From an uncultured Verrucomicrobiae bacterium (lineage in GTDB: Bacteria; Verrucomicrobiota; Verrucomicrobiia; Chthoniobacterales; JAATET01): DNA of 64,000 nucleotides. A program made the translations under genes and the position numbers. Below, one piece after another: positions 47,192-57,214 of this stretch. The stretch is from the NCBI GenBank assembly GCA_963719495.1, contig CAVRCI010000015.1, positions 32,001-96,000 of the forward strand. The letters are read 5' to 3'. How positions within the stretch are numbered: position 1 is the stretch's first letter; every line of letters starts with the position of its first letter. The notes under the pieces are model-generated. The model searched no databases and had not been told where the DNA came from. It saw only the letters and a list, made by a program, of their open reading frames with translations.

Positions 47192-48391
47192 ATGGTGATG
47201 CAAAAAGACGGATTACGAGAGGGCCGCGAGATTTCGACGTATCTCAAGACGTTCGAAGGTGCGGCTGCGACCTTTGCGCGGGAAGAAGATATGTGGTCGC
47301 TCTGGCTTCCGGAGATGAGCGCGGGCGAGCGGCCGATCACGCCGGCTTCCCAGTTGTATTTTGCCGTAATTCTTCGTCACGAGCAGCAGGCGTTCGCAAT
47401 CCGTTTCTTCTACGATTGCTCGACTGGTAAGATTCGCTACTACACCAGCGCCGTTCCGCACGAAATCGCCCAAGCCCCCGAATTCGAAAACGCCGTTTCC
47501 GAGCTCTTTCGCCACACTTTGCCCGTCGAACCGATTCGGCAACGGAAGTTGCGAAAATCTCCCGTCCGACGTCGGCGCGAGAGGGACGATTCCAGTCAAG
47601 TCAAGCCACGGCACATTCCCGCGCCGATGGCTGATGCCGTGGAACCGCAATTGGTGTCCGGCTCGATCCCGGCGATCCTCACCCCGGAAGAAGTCACCCA
47701 GCCGGAAAGGCTGGTGGCGGAACAATCCCTGATCCCGACTTCCCCGGATGCTGGTGCGGAGGCGTCGGAGGAATCTCGTATCATCGGAGTTTCCGAGCCT
47801 TCAATCGAACAACCGGGCGAGATCCTCGCGGACTGCTCGAAACCTGCGCCGGTAAATCCTGTCGCCAAAGTCGAAATCACCCGCCCGTTCAGTCCCGCAA
47901 ACCCGGAAGTGGATGTCGTCCCCGAGCCCGTGGCAAAGGAGGCGGCCGCGCCGGAGATCGTGCCGGTCGAGACCCCTGCCGAAGCAGTCTCGAAGCCGAC
48001 TCAGCGACTGATCTTCGAATCCGCGCCTTCCCAGTCATTCCACCAAAGAAGCTTGGCCGAACCCGAGAAAACTCCTGTCGGGACCAGGATGGCGTTTTCG
48101 AAGCGAGCGCCCGAGTCCTCGCGAGAAGTGGCGATTACCTCGACGAGAGAGATTCGAGTCGCCCAACCGCCGGAGCGGCCCTTCGAGCCGACCGAGCGGG
48201 ATGCGGTGCGAAAAGTCGAATTCGACGTGGGTTCCCGCATGAAATCCGTCCTGATGTCCATCATCATCGCCTGCGGCATCGTCGCGACCGTTGGGATTCT
48301 TGCTTACAGCTACCTGATTCTGACCGAAGATCCAGGCGTGAAGCATCACCGGCTCCAGAACGAGGCTCTCCGGACCCAGGCGAGCCGGTAG
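47192..48391 (+). CDS. Hypothetical protein with a Pro/Glu-rich linker and a C-terminal TM segment
   Basis: AGGAGG upstream of ATG 47192; hydrophobic segment near the C-terminus. Confidence 0.6.
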   Translation: MVMQKDGLREGREISTYLKTFEGAAATFAREEDMWSLWLPEMSAGERPITPASQLYFAVILRHEQQAFAIRFFYDCSTGKIRYYTSAVPHEIAQAPEFENAVSELFRHTLPVEPIRQRKLRKSPVRRRRERDDSSQVKPRHIPAPMADAVEPQLVSGSIPAILTPEEVTQPERLVAEQSLIPTSPDAGAEASEESRIIGVSEPSIEQPGEILADCSKPAPVNPVAKVEITRPFSPANPEVDVVPEPVAKEAAAPEIVPVETPAEAVSKPTQRLIFESAPSQSFHQRSLAEPEKTPVGTRMAFSKRAPESSREVAITSTREIRVAQPPERPFEPTERDAVRKVEFDVGSRMKSVLMSIIIACGIVATVGILAYSYLILTEDPGVKHHRLQNEALRTQASR

Positions 48392-48452
48392 CGGTCCGCC
48401 GATGACCGGACGGAAGCGACTCCGGAGCAGAATTCAACCGGGTAGAATTCAA

Positions 48453-48481
48453 TTGACCGCCCGGCCGTCGCAACCTACTTT
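48453..48481 (+). promoter_or_regulatory. Sigma70-like promoter for tRNA-Val
   Basis: TTGACC-N17-TACTTT. Confidence 0.6.
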
Positions 48482-48517
48482 CCGGCCTCCCGATTCGCCT
48501 CTGGGTGAATCCGATCC

Positions 48518-48592
48518 GCGCGGTTAGCTCAGCGGTAGAGCACCTCCCTGACACGGAGGGGGTCACTGGTTCGAACCCAGTATCGCGCACCA
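48518..48592 (+). tRNA. tRNA-Val(GAC)
   Basis: GCGCGGT acceptor stem, CCTCC-CTGACAC-GGAGG anticodon arm, GGTTCGAACC, encoded CCA. Confidence 0.96.
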
Positions 48593-48622
48593 TCTTCCTT
48601 TCCGAGATCTCCTCTTCTCGGA

Positions 48623-49189
48623 CTATTCCAGGATGGACGAGGCCGCTTTTGCGAAACCGTCGAACTCCATCGAGCCTTCGACGTATTTTTTGATTTTGCC
48701 TGCGCGGTCGATGAAGAAGGTCGTGGGGAAAACCTGAACGCCGCCAAAGTCGGTGAGGGTTTTCTCGTTGCCGAGGACCACGGGGTAGTTGATCGCGTTT
48801 TTTTCGATGAAGTCGGGCAGGACGCCGGGGTTGGACTCGATGGCGACGCCGATGACGGTGAGGCCGCGGTCGGCGAAGGTCTTTTGCAATTCGATCAGGG
48901 CGGGAATTTCTTCGCGGCAGGGTGGGCACCAGGTGCCCCAGAAATTGAGGACGATCGGTTTGCCGGCGAAATCGTGGTTCGAGATCGTTTTGCCGTCGGG
49001 GGTTTCTAGCGTCCACTCCGGGGCGGGGACGACGCTGGTCGGCAGGGCCGCGGTGGCGGTCGGGATGAGGCCGGGAAGGAGCGGGCTGCACGAGCGGGCC
49101 GGGCCGGAGTGGAGGAGGGCGTAGACGGGGAAGCCGAGGACGAGCGCGAGGGCGAACCAGTGGCGGGCGGGGTTTTTTCGAGGTGTCAT
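48623..49189 (-). CDS. TlpA/ResA-like thiol-disulfide oxidoreductase
   Basis: N-terminal anchor; LNFWGTWCPPCREEIP, FPTTFFID. Confidence 0.9.
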   Translation of the reverse strand: MTPRKNPARHWFALALVLGFPVYALLHSGPARSCSPLLPGLIPTATAALPTSVVPAPEWTLETPDGKTISNHDFAGKPIVLNFWGTWCPPCREEIPALIELQKTFADRGLTVIGVAIESNPGVLPDFIEKNAINYPVVLGNEKTLTDFGGVQVFPTTFFIDRAGKIKKYVEGSMEFDGFAKAASSILE

Positions 49190-49380
49190 GGGCAGGGACC
49201 GGTCGTGCAGATCGGGAAGAGGAGTTTGAGACCGTAGGCCAAGGCTCCGACGACCGCCACGGTGCATCCGCCGCCGAGGAAGGCGAGGCGGGTCGGGGTG
49301 AGCCAGGCGGCTGGGCCGGGAAGTTGCGAGCACTCCTCGCGGTCGCGGTAGATGGTGTGGATGAATTCGTGGGAGTTCAT
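49186..49380 (-). CDS. Small membrane protein with a C-terminal CxxxxC
   Basis: 64 aa, one TM segment, ends PICTTGPCP; its stop overlaps the tlpA start. Confidence 0.45.
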   Translation of the reverse strand: MNSHEFIHTIYRDREECSQLPGPAAWLTPTRLAFLGGGCTVAVVGALAYGLKLLFPICTTGPCP

Positions 49381-49504
49381 GATCTGTGAGACGGAACGAG
49401 TGGAGGTTTTATTCCGGTTGCTTTCGGGAGGGGATGGTCTCCGGTGTTTTGCGTGGACGGGGCATCTTTTTTTTGGATGATGACGTTTCCTTTCCGAGGG
49501 CCCA

Positions 49505-50047
49505 ATGATGACCGAAACGACCACCCACCAAGCCTCCGAGATCCCGGACGATCTCCTCGCGGAACTCGACGAAATGGTGACGCATTACCCCGTTTCCAAA
49601 CGAAGCGCGTCGCTGCCGCTGCTGCACCTGTGGCAGAACCACTTCGGGTTCATCGACGAGTCGGGGATCGAGTGGATCGCGGAGAAGCTGGAGCTGGAGC
49701 CGATCAACATTCTCGAGCTGGTGACGTTTTATCCGTGGTTCCGGCGCGAGGCGGCGGGGAAGACGATCGTGCGGGTCTGTCGGACGCTGGCGTGCGCGAT
49801 GGCGGGGTCCTACGAGCTGAAGGCTAAATTTTGCGAAGCCACCGGGATCGATCCGGCGGCGGATCATCACGGCTTCGGCCACGCGCCGCCGACGAGCGCG
49901 GATGGGCAGTTCAGCATCGAGTTCGTCGAGTGTCTGGCGAGCTGCGGGACGGCACCGGTGTGTTTGATCAACGACGAACTTCACGAAAACGTGGGTCTCG
50001 ATGACGTCCAGCAGATCGTAACGGATTACACCACGGCGGACGTTTAA
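49505..50047 (+). CDS. nuoE: NADH-quinone oxidoreductase subunit E
   Basis: LVTFYPWF, CRTLAC, ECLASCGTAP. Confidence 0.92.
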   Translation: MMTETTTHQASEIPDDLLAELDEMVTHYPVSKRSASLPLLHLWQNHFGFIDESGIEWIAEKLELEPINILELVTFYPWFRREAAGKTIVRVCRTLACAMAGSYELKAKFCEATGIDPAADHHGFGHAPPTSADGQFSIEFVECLASCGTAPVCLINDELHENVGLDDVQQIVTDYTTADV

Positions 50048-50055
50048 AAATTTTC

Positions 50056-51408
50056 ATGGTCTCTCTCATCCCACAACCTCACCCGAAGGAGCGCCGAGTC
50101 ATTTTCGGCAACATCAGCCAGGCTGGTTGGTCGCCGGATCTCGACACGTATCTGGCGAACGACGGCTACGAAGGGCTCAAGAAGGCGTTGGCGATGGAGC
50201 CGTCGGCGATCATCGATCTGGTCAAGGCGGCGAATCTGCGTGGCCGCGGGGGTGCGGGTTTCCCTTGCGGGGTGAAATGGAGTTTCATCAAGCGCGACGA
50301 CGGGAAGGATCACTACATCGTGGTGAACGCCGACGAGTCGGAGCCGGGGACATTCAAGGATCGCTACATTCTGCACAACGATCCGCACCAGTTGCTGGAA
50401 GGGCTGCTCATCGCGGCCTGGGCCAACAACGTGAGGCTGGCCTACATTTACATCCGGTGTGAATTCCCGCACGCCGCGAAGATCGTCTGGAAGGCGATCA
50501 AAGAGGCGAAGGCGAAGGGGTTCATCGGGAAAGACATCTGCGGAAGCGGGTTCGACTGCGACATCTACGTGCATCAGGGCGCGGCGGCTTACATCTGCGG
50601 CGAGGAGACGAGTCTGCTCGAGTCGTTGGAGGGCAAGCGACCTTATCCGCGGATCAAGCCGCCGTATTTCCCGGCGGTGCTGGGCCTCTACATGAAACCG
50701 ACGATCGTGAACAACGTGGAGACGCTTTGCCACGTGAAGCACATCGTGAATCTGGGTGCCGAGGAATACACGAAGATGGGTTCGCCCGGGGATGGCGGCA
50801 CGCGGACGATGTGCGTGAGCGGCGACGTGATGAAGCCGGGTTATTACGAGTTGCCCTGTGGCGCGGTCACGTTGGGCGAGTTGATTTTTGACATCTGTGG
50901 CGGGATGAAAGAGGGGCGCACGCTGAAAGCGGTGATCCCGGGCGGAAGCTCGGCGAAGGTGCTGCGGGCGGACGAGGTCTTCAAGGTGAAGTCGAAGGGC
51001 GCGGACGGCGAGATGGTCGAGAAGGAGATCAAAATGCTGGACGTCACGATGGACGCGGCGGGGCTGGCGGCGGTCGGCACGATGGTGGGGAGCGGCGGCG
51101 TGATGGTGCTCGACGACACGCGGAGCGCGGTGTGGGCGCTGAACAATCTCAATCAATTCTACGCCCACGAGAGCTGCGGGCAATGCACGCCTTGTCGCGA
51201 AGGCAGCCTGTGGATGTCGAAAATGACGACGCGGATGCTGGCGGGCGAAGGGGCGGCTCAGGATCCGAAGACGCTCAAAAACGTGGCGGACAATATCGCC
51301 GGGCGGACGATCTGTGCGTTCGGCGAGGCTTGCGCCTGGCCGACGCAGAGCTTCCTGGCGAAGTTCCCCGAGGAATTCGCGGGCGCGGCTGGGTCGGCGG
51401 CCAATTAG
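50056..51408 (+). CDS. nuoF: NADH-quinone oxidoreductase subunit F
   Basis: LRGRGGAGF, NADESEPGTFKDR, YICGEET, ESCGQCTPCREG. Confidence 0.95.
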   Translation: MVSLIPQPHPKERRVIFGNISQAGWSPDLDTYLANDGYEGLKKALAMEPSAIIDLVKAANLRGRGGAGFPCGVKWSFIKRDDGKDHYIVVNADESEPGTFKDRYILHNDPHQLLEGLLIAAWANNVRLAYIYIRCEFPHAAKIVWKAIKEAKAKGFIGKDICGSGFDCDIYVHQGAAAYICGEETSLLESLEGKRPYPRIKPPYFPAVLGLYMKPTIVNNVETLCHVKHIVNLGAEEYTKMGSPGDGGTRTMCVSGDVMKPGYYELPCGAVTLGELIFDICGGMKEGRTLKAVIPGGSSAKVLRADEVFKVKSKGADGEMVEKEIKMLDVTMDAAGLAAVGTMVGSGGVMVLDDTRSAVWALNNLNQFYAHESCGQCTPCREGSLWMSKMTTRMLAGEGAAQDPKTLKNVADNIAGRTICAFGEACAWPTQSFLAKFPEEFAGAAGSAAN

Positions 51409-51455
51409 CGGGCTATTTTCTCGTCCGGCATTACAAGTGGCAGTCCCCGAGGGCG

Positions 51456-52691
51456 ATGGGGACAGCACAGATGATCAAATCCAACAAACTGGACGGCGCG
51501 AGGCTGATTCCTCTCGCGGACCATCTCGATGAGCGGAAGCCTCGGCTGATCGAGTCGTGGCTGTCTTCCATGCGAGCGCATCCGGACATCGCCGCGACGG
51601 AAGCGATGACGCGTCCGCAGCTCGCGGACCATCTCCCGGATCTCTTCGAGCATCTGGTCGAACAGCTCCGTCGGGCGGGCACGACGGACGATGCCGAGCC
51701 GGGGCCGGACGCGCGGCAGCACGGGAGCCACCGTTGGCGGCAGGGCTACCAAATCGACGAGTTGTTCGAGGAGAGCACGTTGCTGCGGAACATTCTCGTG
51801 CAGCATTTGTTCCTGAGCTTCGCGAAAGAAGGTGGATCGCTGGCGGCGGAAGACGAGCGGTTGGCGCGGGACGTCATCCAGGAATTTTTCGATCAATTGA
51901 TCAGCGAATCCGTCGCGCAATACGTCGAGGAGCAGCAGCGCCAAATCCGTCAGTTCGCGACAAAGTTGGAGGAGAACAACACGGCGTTGGCGGCAGCGAA
52001 CGACTCCCGGATTGGGCTGATGCGTTCGGTCTCGCACGAGTTGCGCAATTCGCTCGAGGCTCAGCGGATTCTGCTGGCCGTCATTTCGAAAAACGTCGAA
52101 ACGGCGGCGAACCACGATCTCGTCGAGGTGGGTAAGCGCAATCTCACGGACATGGGGACGCTGCTGGGGCAGCTCCTCGATTACTCGGCATTGGTGGCGG
52201 GACAGGATGCCGGGGAGCAAACGAGCTTTTCGGCGAAGCGGCTGTGGGACGATCTGGTCTCGACGTGGCGGACGGCGATGGAAGCGGCGGACGTCGAGTT
52301 CGAAGCCACGTTGGACGAGGAACTCGGTGAGATTTCTTCCGATCGGTTGAAGCTGAGTCAGATCTGCCGAAACCTTTTGTCGAATTCCTTGAAGTTTCGG
52401 TCCGCCGAGCGGCGCGGCAAGGTCGAGTTCGCGTTTGGGAAAGTGGACGACACGCGCTGGCGGATTCGCGTGAAGGACAATGGCATCGGGATCGCGACGG
52501 AGGATCTGGGTAAGCTCTTCAAGGAATTTTCCCGCATCGAGCCGCGGGAGCACGTGAGTGGATCGGGGTTGGGGCTGGCAATTACCCGCCAATTGGCCGA
52601 GCTGCTCGGCGGGAAGATCGACGTCATGTCGACGAAGAACGAGGGATCGATCTTCGAGGTGACTTTGCCATTGGGTCCCCGAAAAGGTTGA
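51456..52691 (+). CDS. Cytoplasmic sensor histidine kinase with an RsbRD-N-like input domain
   Basis: L.DHLP...HGSHRWRQGY; VSHELRN, NLLSNSLKF, DNGIG, GSGLGL. Confidence 0.88.
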   Translation: MGTAQMIKSNKLDGARLIPLADHLDERKPRLIESWLSSMRAHPDIAATEAMTRPQLADHLPDLFEHLVEQLRRAGTTDDAEPGPDARQHGSHRWRQGYQIDELFEESTLLRNILVQHLFLSFAKEGGSLAAEDERLARDVIQEFFDQLISESVAQYVEEQQRQIRQFATKLEENNTALAAANDSRIGLMRSVSHELRNSLEAQRILLAVISKNVETAANHDLVEVGKRNLTDMGTLLGQLLDYSALVAGQDAGEQTSFSAKRLWDDLVSTWRTAMEAADVEFEATLDEELGEISSDRLKLSQICRNLLSNSLKFRSAERRGKVEFAFGKVDDTRWRIRVKDNGIGIATEDLGKLFKEFSRIEPREHVSGSGLGLAITRQLAELLGGKIDVMSTKNEGSIFEVTLPLGPRKG

Positions 52692-53206
52692 GGTGTCTCC
52701 GGCGGGATTTCTCCGGCGGTCGGCTCGCGTGAGCCCGGTCCTCGAATGATTCGATGCCGAGGTTGGGATGATGAGTCGCGCGCATTCCTTCAGAACGTCC
52801 AGGGCCGCTGGGCGAACGTGCTGTCTTATCAACTGGTCGCTTTTGACTTTTTGCGGGGATGGCTGCTTGGTCTTGCGATCGTGGAATTGGTCGAGAACTC
52901 CGGGGGTGGGTGAGGTGAGAAGCCAGAGCCCGAAGGGCGAGCCGAGCGGGAGCGAGCGAGCCAACGGATCGAAGGGAACAAAGGGGAATACGAATACAAA
53001 TGCGGCTTTGAACAGAAGGCCGCAAAGGGCGCAAAGACTTGGAAGAATGGGTTTCGCTGCCGTTGATCGAGTTATCCCCGGCTTCTTGACGCGCTTGCGC
53101 GTTCGTGGTCCTCAGCGTGACAGCATTCTTTTCGGGGTTGGGCGCCGCTGGCGTGACTTTTTGCGCCAGCCGTCCGGTTGCGCGGTTCTGGTCGTATTGA
53201 TAGGTC

Positions 53207-54727
53207 ATGGCGGTGAAGGAATTTCAGAACGGGGAGCTGCGGGATGCGGTGGTGATCGGGGCGGTGGAGTGCCGGTCGGCGAGGGTTTGGTTGCGGTCGG
53301 ATCTGCCGGGCGAGGTTCGATTGAGTTGGGGGCGGCGGGGGTTGGACGAACCGGTGGGGCGGACGGTCGTCGACGTGCCGGCGCGGTGCGAGGCGGATCG
53401 AACTCGGGTCGCGACGTTGGAAGGTTTGGAGCCGATGACTCGATACTGGTGCCGGGCGGAGCGGGGGATGAGTCGCTCGGTTCTGGGGGAGGTGGTCTTC
53501 GAGACGTCACCGGAGTCGAGCGGCGAGGTGCCGGCGAAGTTTTCGATCGGGCTGGCGAGTTGCCACCTGCCGTTCGACAAGCATGGAATGGTGCGCCCGG
53601 CGGCGCGGGAGATGCTGCGGGCGGCGCGGACGGTCTTTCGGGATGAGAATACCAAGCTGGCGTTCTTTGGTGGCGATCAGATGTATGCCGACGAGCCGGA
53701 GGGATTTTCGTTGTTCGACGAGTCGTTCTTTCAGCGGCGGGCTCCGGCGGGCCGGGAGCGGGTGCTGGATTGCTCGGTCGAAGAATTGCGGCGGCTTTAC
53801 CACGGGCGGTATCGGACGTTTTTCAATCTGCCGGAATGGATCGCGCTGCAGGCCGAGACGCCTTGCTATCCGACGTGGGACGATCACGAGCTGGTGGACA
53901 ATTGGGGGTCGGACCCGATGCATCAGAACGCGGATTGGAAACGGGTGGGCGAAGGGGCACGGCAGGCGTGCCACGACTACCAAATCTCGCGGGTGATGCC
54001 GTGGAATCCGGACCGGGCGTTTCATTACGACGTGAATTATGGTCCGACGGCGACGTTCGTCGCGGATATGCGGACGGAGCGGCGGGCGGGGGAGAACGGA
54101 CGGATCTTCTCGGAGCAGCAGAAGGCGGATTTCGAGGGCTTTCTCGCGAAGAATCTGGATAAAGCAGCCATCTTCGTTGTGTTGAGCGTTCCTCCGGTTC
54201 ATCTGCCGCGTGGGCTGAGTCGGGGGATGTCGTGGATGGTGCCGTCGGGGAATGATTTCGACGATCGGTGGTCGACGGGGGAGCACGTGCGGGATCGGGA
54301 TTGGCTGATGCGCACGATGCACGCGCACCAGGCGGCCCATCCACGACAGCACGTGACGATCCTGACCGGCGACATTCACATCGGTTGCGTGCACGCGCTG
54401 CGGTGGGAGGGGCTGGAGGACGTGGAATTGCATCAACTCGTCTCGAGCGGGATCACGCACAAGGTGGGGTGGGCGATCGCGAAGGCGTCCAAGCTGCTCA
54501 TCGGCGCAAACCGTCACGCTGGAACGGAGGACGGGGAGGTGCGAGCGAAGGTGCGGGTGCTCGAGGGGGTGGACAATCACGAGGAGAACCCGCTCGGCGA
54601 AATGAATCTGGGGATCGTGGAGGTCGAGACGACGCCCGCGGGGCGGGTGGATCTGCGGTTCAAGCTGTATGGGCAGCGGAAGGGGGAGCCGGTCTGCCGA
54701 TTCGAGTCGGAGGTGATGCGGGGGTGA
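53207..54727 (+). CDS. PhoD-like metallophosphatase
   Basis: GGDQMYAD, TWDDHE, DMRTER, LTGDIH. Confidence 0.85.
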   Translation: MAVKEFQNGELRDAVVIGAVECRSARVWLRSDLPGEVRLSWGRRGLDEPVGRTVVDVPARCEADRTRVATLEGLEPMTRYWCRAERGMSRSVLGEVVFETSPESSGEVPAKFSIGLASCHLPFDKHGMVRPAAREMLRAARTVFRDENTKLAFFGGDQMYADEPEGFSLFDESFFQRRAPAGRERVLDCSVEELRRLYHGRYRTFFNLPEWIALQAETPCYPTWDDHELVDNWGSDPMHQNADWKRVGEGARQACHDYQISRVMPWNPDRAFHYDVNYGPTATFVADMRTERRAGENGRIFSEQQKADFEGFLAKNLDKAAIFVVLSVPPVHLPRGLSRGMSWMVPSGNDFDDRWSTGEHVRDRDWLMRTMHAHQAAHPRQHVTILTGDIHIGCVHALRWEGLEDVELHQLVSSGITHKVGWAIAKASKLLIGANRHAGTEDGEVRAKVRVLEGVDNHEENPLGEMNLGIVEVETTPAGRVDLRFKLYGQRKGEPVCRFESEVMRG

Positions 54728-55023
54728 GCTTGGCGTGATTGGTCATTGGTGATTGGTGATTGGTGAGGTGAGGTGAAAATGCAGTGAGGTGGAAGTCGGG
54801 GATGCTTTTTCGCTGTGAAAGGGTCGCCGCACCTGGCTTCGGATCCAGCGTGAAGCCCACGGCTCGGCGGGAGCCTCGCCCTCCGAATGCCCGGGGGGGC
54901 GGCTGGCGCCGCTGCCGTTTGCGCGTCCCCCCTTTGTCATTCTTAGGTTTTTGGAATGGGGGGGCGGTTGGGGTTGATCTGTTGTTTTGACGGGGGTGGG
55001 GTTTTCGGGGACGGTTTTCTCCT

Positions 55024-56556
55024 ATGGGAAAACCTGTGATTTTGATCATTCGTGATGGCTGGGGCATCAATCCGAACGGGCGGGCGGGGGCCGAGGCGGA
55101 TGGGAACGCGACGCTGCTGGCGAAGACGCCATTTCACGATGAACTTTACGCGAAGTATCCGGGCGGGACGCTGAGCGCGAGTGGGCTGGACGTCGGATTG
55201 CCGGACGGACAGATGGGGAACTCGGAGGTGGGGCATCTGAATCTCGGGGCCGGGCGGGTGGTTTATCAGGACTTCACGAAAATCAACAAGGCGATCGCGG
55301 ACGGAGAATTGGCGGAGAACGAGGTTCTCCGAGCGGCGTTCGAAAAGGCGAAGGGCGGGCGGCTGCATTTGCTGGGGTTGGTTTCGGACGGGGGAGTTCA
55401 CAGTCATCAGGATCATTTGGTGGCGCTGGCGGGTGCGGCGAAGGATGCGGGGGTCGATGATATTCTGGTGCACGCGATCACCGATGGACGGGATACTTCG
55501 CCCACGGGTGGGAAGGGTTATCTCACGGACGTCGTCGAGGGGCTGAAGCCTTCGGGGGCGGTGGTGGCGACGGTGGTTGGGCGGTATTTCGCGATGGATC
55601 GGGACGAGCGGTGGGATCGGAACAAGCTGGCTTGGGATGCGATCGTGCTCGGGCGGGGTGAGGTGTCGGACGAGTTGCCGGGCGAGGCTTTGGCGGTGCG
55701 CTACGCGGCGGGGGAAACGGATGAGTTTATCAAGCCGCTCGTTTTTGCGCACGCCGATGAGCAGCGGGTTCGCGACGGGGACGTGGTGCTGTTTTTCAAC
55801 TTTCGGGCGGACCGGGCGCGGCAGTTGTCGCGGGCATTGCTGGAGCCGGGTTTCGATGGGTTCGACCGGGAGGCGACGCCGAAGATCGATTACGTGACGC
55901 TCACGCAATACGATAAGAATTACGACGCGGCGGTGGTGTTTCCGAAGGAGCCCCCGCGGCGAATTCTGGGCGAGGTGGTGAGCGCGGCGGGGATGCGTCA
56001 GCTCCGGATCGCGGAGACGGAAAAGTATCCGCACGTGACGTATTTTTTCAACGGTGGGGTCGAGAAGCAGTTCGACGGCGAGGATCGCAAGATCGTGCCT
56101 TCACCTCAGGACGTGGCGACCTATGATCTGAAGCCGGAGATGAGCGCGCCGGAGGTGATGCGGACGGTGGTCGCGGAGCTGGAGAATTACGATCTGGTGG
56201 TTCTCAATTTTGCGAATCCGGACATGGTCGGGCACACGGGGGTCGTCGAGGCGGGGATCAGGGCGGTCGAGATGATCGACGAGGGGGTGCGGGCGGTGAT
56301 CGAGCGGACGCTGGAGCTTGGTGGCTGCGCGATCGTGACGGCGGATCACGGGAATTGTGAGACGATGCGGAATCCGGACGGGTCGCCGAACACGGCTCAT
56401 ACGACGAATCTCGTGCATTGTCTTTACGTGGCGGGGGACGTCGAGGGGGTGACGGTGCGGGATGGGATCCTCGCGGATATTGCGCCGACGCTTTTGGATT
56501 TGCTGGGGTTGGATCAGCCGGGGGAGATGACGGGGTCGACTTTGGTGGTGCGGTAG
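55024..56556 (+). CDS. gpmI: 2,3-bisphosphoglycerate-independent phosphoglycerate mutase
   Basis: GQMGNSEVGH, SDGGVHSH, NFRADRAR, ETEKYPHVT, NPDMVGHTG, TADHGN. Confidence 0.97.
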   Translation: MGKPVILIIRDGWGINPNGRAGAEADGNATLLAKTPFHDELYAKYPGGTLSASGLDVGLPDGQMGNSEVGHLNLGAGRVVYQDFTKINKAIADGELAENEVLRAAFEKAKGGRLHLLGLVSDGGVHSHQDHLVALAGAAKDAGVDDILVHAITDGRDTSPTGGKGYLTDVVEGLKPSGAVVATVVGRYFAMDRDERWDRNKLAWDAIVLGRGEVSDELPGEALAVRYAAGETDEFIKPLVFAHADEQRVRDGDVVLFFNFRADRARQLSRALLEPGFDGFDREATPKIDYVTLTQYDKNYDAAVVFPKEPPRRILGEVVSAAGMRQLRIAETEKYPHVTYFFNGGVEKQFDGEDRKIVPSPQDVATYDLKPEMSAPEVMRTVVAELENYDLVVLNFANPDMVGHTGVVEAGIRAVEMIDEGVRAVIERTLELGGCAIVTADHGNCETMRNPDGSPNTAHTTNLVHCLYVAGDVEGVTVRDGILADIAPTLLDLLGLDQPGEMTGSTLVVR

Positions 56557-56682
56557 GGTCGGCTCTCCGGCTTCGCCGGAATTGCCTTGGTTGATGCGGC
56601 GGGACGCCGCATCTCGCACGCCGGGAGGCGTGCGTTCCCCATGCATCCAGTTGGGGCGGGCGGTGCGTTTGATTTCCAAACA

Positions 56683-57204
56683 ATGATTCCATTCAAAACC
56701 TGTGCCGCGATTTTTGTCGGCACCCTCATCGCTCATACCGCCATGGCCTTCGATCAGACTCCCGTTACCGACATCGACCTGAAAAAATTTGCCGGGAAGT
56801 GGTATTCGCTGACTTCGATCCCGACGTTGATGGACAAGGATTGGTTGGAGACGACGGAGACTTACACGCTCACCGATAAGGATGAATACGAGGTGCTGAC
56901 GACCTACCGGAAGGAAGGGGAGAGCGAGATCAGGGAAGTGAAGTCGAAGCTGTTCCCGGGGGACGCTGGCGAGGTCGGGGAAATGAAGGCGCAGTTCGTT
57001 TGGCCGTTCAAGGTTGGGTATCGGGTGATCGAGCTGCCGAAGGATTATTCGCACGTCGTGATCGGGCATCCGGACGAGAAGTATCTGTTCATCATGAGCC
57101 GGGAAAAGACGATGCCGGAGGATCAGATGGCGGCGATCGTGGCTCGGTGCAAGGAGCTGGGGTATCCGACCGATAAACTGAAGAGTCAGGAGCACGGATC
57201 GTAA
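56683..57204 (+). CDS. Lipocalin (Blc-like)
   Basis: Signal peptide; DLKKFAGKWY, FVWPFK..Y, YLFIMSR. Confidence 0.88.
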   Translation: MIPFKTCAAIFVGTLIAHTAMAFDQTPVTDIDLKKFAGKWYSLTSIPTLMDKDWLETTETYTLTDKDEYEVLTTYRKEGESEIREVKSKLFPGDAGEVGEMKAQFVWPFKVGYRVIELPKDYSHVVIGHPDEKYLFIMSREKTMPEDQMAAIVARCKELGYPTDKLKSQEHGS

Positions 57205-57214
57205 CGGTCGCGCG

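Noticed and set aside
52624..53208. 194-aa minus-strand ORF between the kinase and phoD
   Set aside because: It is composed largely of repeat-derived sequence and has no recognisable motif
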